The notes under the pieces were generated by a model. That model ran no database searches, was not told the DNA's origin, and worked only from the letters and a program-made list of their open reading frames with translations. Made by a program: the position numbers and the translations under genes. Positions 23,058 to 30,983 of a DNA stretch of 64,000 nt are shown here, piece after piece. The first letter of the stretch is position 1. Every line of letters starts with the position of its first letter. This DNA is from Myxococcota bacterium (GTDB lineage: Bacteria; Myxococcota_A; Polyangia; Nannocystales; Nannocystaceae), in the NCBI GenBank assembly GCA_039028615.1, contig JBCCHT010000005.1, forward strand, positions 160,001 through 224,000, written 5' to 3'.

Positions 23058-23555
23058 TTGGCCGTCGACGTCGATTTGATGTACCGCCGCTACGGACCGA
23101 TGGTCCTACGGCGCTGTCGGCAGATCCTCGGGGATCCGCAGCAGGCTCATGACGCCATGCAGGATGTCTTCGTACAGCTCGTGCGCAGCCAGGAGCGCCT
23201 CGACGATCGGGGCAGCTCCAGCCTGCTTTACCGCATGGCCACCAACCATTGTCTCAACCGACTGCGCTCGGCCCGGCGCAAGCCCTCCGATCCCGATACC
23301 GACGCCATCGCCCGCCTGGCCGCGGCGGGGGCCGAGGTCGATCGCGGCGAGGCCCGGGCGGTGCTCCGTCGGCTCTTCGGGGGCGAGCCCGAGTCGACCG
23401 CCACCATCGCGATGCTGCACCTGCACGACGGCCTGACCCTCGAGCAGACGGCGGAGCAGGTGGGCATGTCCGTCTCCGGGGTGCGCAAGCGCCTCCGCAA
23501 GCTCCGGGCCGCGCTCACCGATCTGTCGGCCGACGCCGCCGAGGTACGACCATGA
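23058..23555 (+). CDS. ECF sigma-70 factor
   Basis: YRRYGPMVLRRC..AHDAMQDVFV, LYRMATNHCLN, region-4 HTH GLTLEQTAEQVGMSVSGVRKRL; start TTG 23058 or ATG 23079. Confidence 0.92.
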   Translation: MAVDVDLMYRRYGPMVLRRCRQILGDPQQAHDAMQDVFVQLVRSQERLDDRGSSSLLYRMATNHCLNRLRSARRKPSDPDTDAIARLAAAGAEVDRGEARAVLRRLFGGEPESTATIAMLHLHDGLTLEQTAEQVGMSVSGVRKRLRKLRAALTDLSADAAEVRP

Positions 23556-24412
23556 ACGAACCGTCGCCCAAGCCCGTGCCCGATCTATGGGTAGAGAAGC
23601 TCGCGCTCGGTGAGCTTCCCGAGGCGGAGGCCGAGGCCCTGCGCGCGCGGCTCGAGGCCGATGGAGACGAGCGACTCGTGGCGATCGAGCACTCGAACGA
23701 GGCCATCTTGCGCGAGCATCCACCGGCCGAGGTCGCCGCCGAGATCGAGCGACGCCTGCGAAGGCTGGAGACCGAGGCCGAAGCGCCGAGACGCCCGATG
23801 TTCTGGGTCTGGGCGCCCGTGGCCGCCGTCGCCTGTGTCGGCGTGATCTGGTTGGTGAGAGGGGCCGGCTCGTCCGACGAGGGCCTCGCTTCGAAGCCGG
23901 ATTCCGAGCTCATCGCCCGCGGCGATCCGAGACCGACGGTGGACTCCGCGGGGGCAGCCGCCGATGCTGGTCCGGAGACCATCTATCTCAAGGGCGACCC
24001 CCAGCTCATCGTCGATCGCATCGAGGCGGGACGTCTCGTTCGCATGGATGCCGAGCACGCGGTGGCCTCGGGGGACCGGCTCCAGCTGGCGTACTTGGCC
24101 AACGGTGCGGCGACGGGGGTCATCGTCTCCATCGACGGGGCCGGGGTGGCCACGCTTCATTTCCCCGAGACGGAAACCGCGGCTGCGACGCTTCGCCACG
24201 GAGGGTCGATACCTCTGCGCACGAGCTACGAGCTCGACGACGCCCCCGACTACGAGCGCTTCTTCTTCGTGACGGCCGACGAGTCCGCGAAGCTGAGCGC
24301 GGCGCGGGTCATGGACGCCGCACGGGCGCTGGCCGGGAGCCCCACGGCGCAGCAGGGCTCGCTCGAGCTGCCCGCGGCGTGGCGTCAGCAATCGTTGACG
24401 CTGCGCAAGTAG
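23552..24412 (+). CDS. Membrane anti-sigma factor with periplasmic DUF4384/ActD-like domain
   Basis: ATGA overlap with the sigma gene; anti-sigma-like N-terminus PDLWVEKLALGELP; one TM helix; GDRLQLAY..SIDGAG..YELDDAPDYERF. Confidence 0.8.
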   Translation: MNEPSPKPVPDLWVEKLALGELPEAEAEALRARLEADGDERLVAIEHSNEAILREHPPAEVAAEIERRLRRLETEAEAPRRPMFWVWAPVAAVACVGVIWLVRGAGSSDEGLASKPDSELIARGDPRPTVDSAGAAADAGPETIYLKGDPQLIVDRIEAGRLVRMDAEHAVASGDRLQLAYLANGAATGVIVSIDGAGVATLHFPETETAAATLRHGGSIPLRTSYELDDAPDYERFFFVTADESAKLSAARVMDAARALAGSPTAQQGSLELPAAWRQQSLTLRK

Positions 24413-24454
24413 CCGCCGCGAGTGTGACCTCGATCGCACCTGGGTCGGATCGAG

Positions 24455-24481
24455 GTGACGCGAACTCGGAGCGTCGGTGTT
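24455..24481 (+). promoter_or_regulatory. ECF promoter motif A, copy 3 (before the Cys-repeat lipoprotein)
   Basis: GTGACG-N13-TCGGTGTT. Confidence 0.7.
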
Positions 24482-24491
24482 CGAGGGAGTG

Positions 24492-25346
24492 ATGACAAAC
24501 CCGCTCTTGAACCTACGCTTGGACTTCATCCGCCGTCGCTGGGCCCTGGGAGGCCTGTTGGGTCTGGGACTCGGACTCGGCTGCACCTATACCGAGATCG
24601 GCGACTACCACGGCGTCGAGGCGTGCCACGACGAGTTCTTCGACTGTCTGGACGACGCCGACGACGAAAAGGACATCGAGGCCTGCGAGGTCGCCAAAGA
24701 CTCCTGTCTCGAGGCGTGCGTCGATGATGACGATTGGCGCGGCGACGAGGACGACGACGACAATGTCGACGATGCAGGCGACGACGCGGGGGCGGGCGAT
24801 GACGGAGACGAGCCCCCGGGAGACGACGGGCGGGTGCCGGATGATGACGGCGGAGCCGATGACGGCGGGGCCGATGACGGCGGGGCCGATGACGGCGGGG
24901 CCGATGATGGCGGAGCCGACGACGGGGGAGCCGACGGCGGTGGCGAGCCGCATCCCGCCTGCTTCGAGCTGCACGCGACCTGCGTGAGCCAGGCGACCAC
25001 CATCGCCGAGGTCGAGGCCTGCGAGGCGCTCTTCGACCAGTGCCTGGAAGCCGAGGAATGCGACGACACCTGCAAGGATCCGGCGTGCCCCGATCCCGAG
25101 GTCAGCGCGTGCCTCGAGATCCACGCCGCCTGCTCGGCGTCGGCGAGCTCGCCCGATGTGGTCGCGGCCTGCGGGGCGGCCTTCGATGCCTGCGTGCAGG
25201 GCATCGACGACTCGGCCTGTGTGCCGCACGACCCGTCCATCGTCGACGCGTGTCTCGAGCAGCATGAGCTGTGCACGACGTGCATCGAGGGCCCCGAAGA
25301 CCTCTGGGTTTGCCAGGACGTCTTCGATGCATGCCTGGCGGGGTAG
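24492..25346 (+). CDS. Acidic Cys-repeat lipoprotein (four CX6C-X12-CX6C units)
   Basis: SD GAGGGAG; lipobox LGLGC; exact Cys spacing repeated four times. Confidence 0.75.
   Translation: MTNPLLNLRLDFIRRRWALGGLLGLGLGLGCTYTEIGDYHGVEACHDEFFDCLDDADDEKDIEACEVAKDSCLEACVDDDDWRGDEDDDDNVDDAGDDAGAGDDGDEPPGDDGRVPDDDGGADDGGADDGGADDGGADDGGADDGGADGGGEPHPACFELHATCVSQATTIAEVEACEALFDQCLEAEECDDTCKDPACPDPEVSACLEIHAACSASASSPDVVAACGAAFDACVQGIDDSACVPHDPSIVDACLEQHELCTTCIEGPEDLWVCQDVFDACLAG
24844..24939 (+). repeat. 15-bp coding tandem repeat (ADDGG), about 6 copies
   Basis: GCCGATGACGGCGGG units. Confidence 0.85.
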
Positions 25347-25351
25347 GCCCG

Positions 25352-25389
25352 GGCCGGCCCGTAGCGTCGCTGCGGGCCGGCCACTTTTT
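25352..25389 (+). terminator. Rho-independent terminator between convergent genes
   Basis: GGCCGGCCCGTAGC-gtc-GCTGCGGGCCGGCC followed by ACTTTTT. Confidence 0.75.
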
Positions 25390-25400
25390 GAGCGGCCGCC

Positions 25401-26603
25401 TCAGCGCACGAACAGGTTGAGCGCGTAGTTGGGGTTGAGCGCGGTGTTCTCGGTGTTCTCGGCGAAGTCGCGCTCTTCGAGAAAGGTGGAGCCGGAGTCG
25501 AACGAAGCTTGGTTGACCGCGGTGGTGCCGATGCCATGGTCGGCTCGGGAGCACAGTTCGCCTCCTCCCCCGATCATGATCACCGCCCCGTCGCCGGACC
25601 CCCACGCCGCCCAGAACGAGACCGAGTAGGGCCCGCCGATGTCGGCCAGATCGCAGGTAGCTTGGCCGAAGCCTTCCGTCGCGGCGTAGTTGTTGCCGAG
25701 GTCGACGTCGCAGCTTCCGGCCACGGAGTTCTGGCCCCAGACCGCGCCGTTTTGGAAGTCGCCGAAGCTGGTGATGTGCTCGCGGAAGGTCCCCCCGCCG
25801 AGGCAGTCGTCGGTGGTCTGGAGCAGGAAGCCGTCGTCGGGGTTGTCGGTGCGCGAGAGCTTGAACTCGTCGGCGGGCACGGACCAGAACGCGGCCGAGA
25901 GCAGGTCCTCGTTGGCGTCGCGCGAGGTCGGCTGCCCCGATTCGACGGTGGTGACGTACCACCACTCGCCGCTGTCGAGCATCCAGCTCTCGGCGTCGGC
26001 GTTCGAGAAACGAGCGGCGAGGGTCCAGCCGCCGTCGTCGGTCTCCATGTCGCAGTACACGCTGAAGGGTGCTTCGCCGCCCGTCCCGTCGGGATCGATG
26101 ACATAGGCTCCGCTGCCGACGCTGGGCTCGACTTCGATGATGTGCTGGCAGGTCAGGGCGACGGTGCAGTCGGGCAGGCAGCCGTCGTCGAACTCGAGGT
26201 TACCGTCGTCGCACTGCTCGAGCGGCTCGAGCCGCCCGTTGCCGCAGGCCGGCTGCTGCTCGCCGGAGTCGGTGGATTCGTCTTCCTCTCCGCCCTCCGA
26301 GCCTTCCGAGGAGCCCACCGAGGCCCCGGGCAACAGGCCGCTCGTCGTGGAGTCGGCGACATCGGTGGTCGACGCATTCGAAGGCGAGTCGCCCGTGCTC
26401 GAGCCGAGCGACGGTCGTTCCGTGTCCATGGCACCTGCCGTCGTGCTGCCTCCTGAGAGAGGGTCGTTGCCGAACGCCGGGTTCGGCCTCGTGCACGAGG
26501 TCGCCGCGAGCACCATGGTGAGTGCAATGAGTCGATTCAATGGGCTGACGTCCTTCCGCGATTCAGAGCCGGGCCAACCCCCTTTGTAGTCGGGTCCCTT
26601 CAT
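25401..26603 (-). CDS. Lipoprotein with DUF4215 repeat and fibrinogen-related domain (true start probably near 26540)
   Basis: Lipobox AATSC; CGNGRLEPLEQCDDGN; VYCDMETDDGGWTL fibrinogen-domain signature. Confidence 0.8.
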   Translation of the reverse strand: MKGPDYKGGWPGSESRKDVSPLNRLIALTMVLAATSCTRPNPAFGNDPLSGGSTTAGAMDTERPSLGSSTGDSPSNASTTDVADSTTSGLLPGASVGSSEGSEGGEEDESTDSGEQQPACGNGRLEPLEQCDDGNLEFDDGCLPDCTVALTCQHIIEVEPSVGSGAYVIDPDGTGGEAPFSVYCDMETDDGGWTLAARFSNADAESWMLDSGEWWYVTTVESGQPTSRDANEDLLSAAFWSVPADEFKLSRTDNPDDGFLLQTTDDCLGGGTFREHITSFGDFQNGAVWGQNSVAGSCDVDLGNNYAATEGFGQATCDLADIGGPYSVSFWAAWGSGDGAVIMIGGGGELCSRADHGIGTTAVNQASFDSGSTFLEERDFAENTENTALNPNYALNLFVR

Positions 26604-26796
26604 CTGGTTACGACCGAAACTCGATGAGTTTGGCCGAAGTCTCAGGTCGCCATGATGGGGCTGAATCCCTGCTTCAGCGGTCGATTACGGGGTTCAGCTC
26701 GAAAGTCGCCGTCCACTCGGACCACCGCATCATCTACGGTTCGTCCCATCGTCCAGACCTACGCCGACTGGCAGAGTCGGCCAAGTGTGACATCGA

Positions 26797-28350
26797 TCAG
26801 TCGACCCATCCTTGCAGGAACCAACTTCGTCGGACTCGGTCGTAGAACACCCACAAGATTTCACCGGATTGGGTCTCGACGAAGTAGTAGTCCCGCTCGA
26901 CCGTGCGCACCCACCATCCTCCGCTGATGCGATAGGGCCCCTGGATCGAGCGGACCGGGCCGCGATGACCGAGCCAGGCCTCGGGTTCATGACGAGGGGG
27001 GCTGGGCAATCGCTGGGGCCGAGGCAGCAGGCGGCGGACCAGCGGTGTCGGCTCGGGAGCGGGGGGCTGGGTGCCCGGCTCGATCGGAGTGCCCACGACC
27101 TCGGGACGCGCGAAGCCGATCTCGCCGATGGGCTCCCACGCAAAGCGAGCCTCGGGCAGGTGGGCTTCGCGGAGCTGAGCGCGGGTGACCGCCTCGGGCC
27201 CCAGCCAGGCACGGAGCCGTGCGAGGGCTCGGGCGGCGGCATCGAGATCGCGGCGGGCCTGGGTTCGGAACAACGCCAGCTGCCCCGGTGCGGCCTCGAC
27301 CCCGGCCAGCTCCAGCACGATTTCCTCCACGGGGGCGTCCAGGGTCGCGGCATCGAGGCGCAGGCGAACCAGATCGATCACCATTGGCTCGTCCAGGGTC
27401 GGGCGCGCGGGCTCGATGCGTTCTTCGTGCGGCTCGGCGTGGTCGAGGTGCAGGCGCAGGTGCAGCGCGGTCATGGCCTGGTGGCGCCCCGCGAGCTCGA
27501 CCATCAGGTCGTGCAGCATGCTCTTGATGAGGAAGAGCAGCCGCGAACGGTCGTCGTCGGGCGGCTCGATCTGCTTGGTGGTGCGAACCGGATCGACGAT
27601 GGCGCGGGGCTGAAGCGGAGCCCAGCCATCGCTGGCGCAGGCGTGCAGCTGGGCCGCCGCCTCTCCGAAGCGCGCCCGCAGGTCGGGAGCGGGGAGGGCG
27701 AGCAGCTGCCCCAAGGTCCGAACCTCGAGTCGCCGGAGCCCCTCGCGAGCCTTGGCCGGCATCGATAGCTCGACCAGCGGCACCTGGTCGGCGGCCTTCC
27801 GCTCCGCGCCCGGATCGTCGAGTACCCACACGCCCCGCCGAACCCGAGCCAGCGCGTGACATCGAAATCGGTGGTAGCCCACGACCACCGTCGAGCGCAG
27901 CGACAGCTCGGCCATCGCGCTGACGACCGCGTGACCCCAGTGCTCGAAGCTGGTGAACAAGGGCACCATGCCCGAGGGGTCGAGCCAGAAGGTCCCGGGT
28001 GCGCCCTCGACCTGTCGCTGCGGGGTGGCGGTGCGTTGGGCGGCCTCGATGCGCGGCGAAAAATCCTGCAGGCGTCGGACCACCTGCTCGATCGTCTCGT
28101 CGATCTGCTCGGGTCCCACCACACCCGCCCGGACCCCCGCGTCCAGGCTCTGCGCGGCGGCGTAGCTCATGCCGGGACGAATGCGGGATCGTTGCGCGTG
28201 CTCGTTGACCCACTGCACCTCGGCTTGCGGGCGGTCGTCGGCGACCACCACCACCGCGCTGTTGGCCCACGTCGGCTCGCGGCGCAGCAGCAGCTGGAGA
28301 GGTAACGCCGGCACTTCGAGGCATGCGGCACGGTCGTGAAGGGCGGACAT
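26797..28350 (-). CDS. imuB: ImuB, inactive Y-family polymerase of the mutagenesis cassette
   Basis: VNEHAQRSRIRPGMSYAAAQSL, FSPRIE, LEVRTLGQLLALP..L.ARFG, QLALF clamp-like motif, GPYRISGGWW..RDYY..W.LQGWVD. Confidence 0.9.
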   Translation of the reverse strand: MSALHDRAACLEVPALPLQLLLRREPTWANSAVVVVADDRPQAEVQWVNEHAQRSRIRPGMSYAAAQSLDAGVRAGVVGPEQIDETIEQVVRRLQDFSPRIEAAQRTATPQRQVEGAPGTFWLDPSGMVPLFTSFEHWGHAVVSAMAELSLRSTVVVGYHRFRCHALARVRRGVWVLDDPGAERKAADQVPLVELSMPAKAREGLRRLEVRTLGQLLALPAPDLRARFGEAAAQLHACASDGWAPLQPRAIVDPVRTTKQIEPPDDDRSRLLFLIKSMLHDLMVELAGRHQAMTALHLRLHLDHAEPHEERIEPARPTLDEPMVIDLVRLRLDAATLDAPVEEIVLELAGVEAAPGQLALFRTQARRDLDAAARALARLRAWLGPEAVTRAQLREAHLPEARFAWEPIGEIGFARPEVVGTPIEPGTQPPAPEPTPLVRRLLPRPQRLPSPPRHEPEAWLGHRGPVRSIQGPYRISGGWWVRTVERDYYFVETQSGEILWVFYDRVRRSWFLQGWVD

Positions 28351-28356
28351 AGTGAG

Positions 28357-28376
28357 CTGAACGCTTGCGCAGTGTA
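28357..28376 (-). promoter_or_regulatory. LexA/SOS-box-like site overlapping a -10 element upstream of imuB
   Basis: Minus strand TACACTGCGCAAGCGTTCAG: TACACT (-10) overlapping CTGCGC-N4-GTTCAG; same 16-bp CTG...CAG architecture as the imuA site. Confidence 0.65.
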
Positions 28377-28509
28377 GCCTCGGAGCGAGGGATCTGAGAA
28401 CTGCGCACTAGACGCAATGGGCCGCTCAGAGTGCGCTGAGAAGGGCTTTGAACTGTGTTCGGAAAAAAGTCCGCGCATCGGTTTCGATCGCATCACACTT
28501 GGTCCCAAG

Positions 28510-29969
28510 TGACGTCGCCGTCTCCCGACGCTCCGCCACCTTCGGACGCGCCTACCGGGCGTCGTCGCCGGGTCCCCAAACCTCTATGGCTCGTGGCGGT
28601 CGAGGAGCGACTGGCGGAGCGGCTCGCTCGTCGGCCCCATCTCGCCCCCGCCATCAAGCTCGGCGTCGTGGTGCCGCTGTTGTTCTTGGCGATGCGCCAG
28701 ATCGACGTGCTGACCGGCAACCCGGCCTTCGTCGGCGTGCTGCTCGCGGCCTTCTTCGTGCTCGACTACCTGCACGGCCTGGTCGCCCGGCCGCGCTCGG
28801 GGGAGACCGGTTGGCTGCGAGTGCTCGATGGCCTGACCGATCTTCCGCTGCTGCTGGTGGTCGCCGTGTTCGTGCACCCGCTGCTGCCCGTGCCCTTGCT
28901 CGCGGCCAAGATCGCCATCGAGGTGTTGCTGCTCGCGCTCTATGTCGCGGGTCGGGACTCCGCCGGAAGTCGGCTCGGGGGCGCGGTGAGCTACGCGGCC
29001 GTGGTCGCGATGTTCCTGCTGACCCAGGGCTGGGCGCCGCGGGTGGTCAACCCTCGCACGGCCGAGGCGGCGCTATGGGCCAGCACCGCGCTGTCGGGCA
29101 TCGTCGCCCTGTACAGCCTGCGGGTGCTGCAAAAGCGCTTCATCGCCGATGCGCTCTCGGCTGCGAACCTGCTGTGTGGCGCCTTCGCGATCTTCTTTTC
29201 CACCAAGCAGCGCTTCGAGCTCAGCCTGCTGTTCGTGATCATCGGCGCCGCCTTCGATGGCTTCGACGGGGCCGCGGCGCGGCGCTGGGGGGGCACCAGC
29301 ATCGGCGTGTACTCCGACGACGTCGCCGATGGGGTCAACTACGGCATCGCGCCCGCGGTGGCGCTGTACTACCTGCTCGGGGGCATCTCGGGGGCGCTGC
29401 TGGGCACCTTCTACGGCGTATTCGTCGTCAGTCGCCTGGTGTTCTTCACCCTGATGAAGTCGGCCAGCGACCCCAACTTCTTCCGCGGGGTGCCCAGTCC
29501 GGTCGGTGGCCTGACCACCATGTCCTCGATCGTCGTGTTCCAGAACGAGCCCGCGATCGTGGGCTTGATGGTCGGCATCGCGTGCGCCCAGATGGTCGCG
29601 TTCTCCACCGACTACCGCCACCTCGGGCGGGCCCTCGGGGGTTGGGTGTCGCGGCGTCGTCGTCGACGGGGCGGCCGGGCGCGGCGACGGGCGCTGTTCG
29701 GCGCGACCGCCTATATCGTGATCCTCCTGCTCGGCATCCGCCTGTTCGAGCTCAAGGCGGCCGTCGGCATCATCCTGGTGATCAACCTGGTGTACGGCTT
29801 CTTCCCCAGCGTGCTCGCGTTTCAGCGGGCGCTGGAGCTGCGGCGCGAGGTGGCGCGCAGCCGCGGGGCCAAGGGCGTGCTGGACGAGCCCCTGACCCCC
29901 GTGCCCAGCGACGCGCTCTCGGCCGAGAGCAGCGCGGAACTCGAGAGCGAAACCGCGGACCGCGAGTAG
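28510..29969 (+). CDS. CDP-alcohol phosphatidyltransferase (PssA/Pcs-like) with a second, degenerate N-terminal copy of the domain
   Basis: DGFDGAAARRWG..GVYSDDVADGVNYGIAP and FRGVPSP; upstream DYLHGLVAR..GWLRVLDGLTD; start uncertain (28455-28510). Confidence 0.8.
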
Positions 29970-29990
29970 AAGGGGTCCGTCGCGCGTCCT

Positions 29991-30902
29991 CTATCCGTTC
30001 GGGAACAGCTTGTCCTCGATCGCAGCAAGTACCACTAACTCGTCCTCCTTCACCCCGGCACTTGCCTGAGCGATGGTGACCGCCCCCGTCGTGGTCGCGA
30101 GTCTGACCTCCTCGGTCGCATGGCTCAGTGTGTCGAGCGCATTGCCGAAGTCGGCCAGGCTGACGTGGACGCGGCTCAGGTCCACTAGCGCGGATGGGAC
30201 TCCTCCGAGGCCTGCGGACCATGCTGAAAGGAGTGGCAAGACTGCGGCTTTCTCCTTCGCAACGAATCGCCCATCCGCACGTGCGACGTAGACGAGTACG
30301 AAAACCATTGCGGTGAGTTGGTCGAGGTCGGTGGCTTCGACATCTACGGACCCAACGGACACCTCAATAGTGCTCTTGGCACCAGCGGATACGTTCGCAG
30401 GCCTACGAACAAATGACGGTGAACGGTGGCAGAGATGTTCCGCGAAACCGCGTGCATCGAGGGGGTGGCTCATTCCGTCGATGCTGGCTCCTACTACGCG
30501 ATCTGCCCGGAATGTTCGCCAGCCTGCCCGGAGTCTGCACCATCCTCGGAAATAGACGAACCCGTTCTTCTCCCAAACTGATCTGACTTCCACGATCCGC
30601 CGCGTCTCGTTGCCCATGTAGTCGCGGTAGGCGAGGTCGACCGCGAGAACCTGATCCGCGGGCAGCGAGCGGTTCGATGGCTGAGCGACAAGGGAGCGAG
30701 TGGGTCCTGGTGTGCTTGGCGTCGCCTCGGTGGGGCTCGGTTGTTCGTTCTCTCGTGCGCGTCCAAGACTCAGAGACTCCCACGGATCCGGCCGTTCCGG
30801 CTCGTCAGACCAGGGAGAGCGTCGAAACGTCACCCAACCGAGTAACCCCACGACGGCGGCCACTCCCAGGCACACCAACAGAACGATGAGGTTGTGATCC
30901 AT
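29991..30902 (-). CDS. TM-anchored WYL-domain protein with TerB-like C-terminal domain
   Basis: N-terminal TM; YRDYMGNETRRIVEV..YFRGWCRLRAGWRTFRADRV (WYL); VLVYVARADGRFVAKE (TerB-like). Confidence 0.8.
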   Translation of the reverse strand: MDHNLIVLLVCLGVAAVVGLLGWVTFRRSPWSDEPERPDPWESLSLGRARENEQPSPTEATPSTPGPTRSLVAQPSNRSLPADQVLAVDLAYRDYMGNETRRIVEVRSVWEKNGFVYFRGWCRLRAGWRTFRADRVVGASIDGMSHPLDARGFAEHLCHRSPSFVRRPANVSAGAKSTIEVSVGSVDVEATDLDQLTAMVFVLVYVARADGRFVAKEKAAVLPLLSAWSAGLGGVPSALVDLSRVHVSLADFGNALDTLSHATEEVRLATTTGAVTIAQASAGVKEDELVVLAAIEDKLFPNG

Positions 30903-30983
30903 GGGCCGGGCACCCGACTGTCCCGTGGTTTTTCTCCACGGTGCAAACTGCCCGTTCGGGACGGCGCGATTATCTGGGCTGCG

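Noticed and set aside
26662..26678. CTGAA-N7-TTCAG palindrome as a third SOS box
   Set aside because: One base longer than the imuA/imuB boxes and upstream of a non-repair gene
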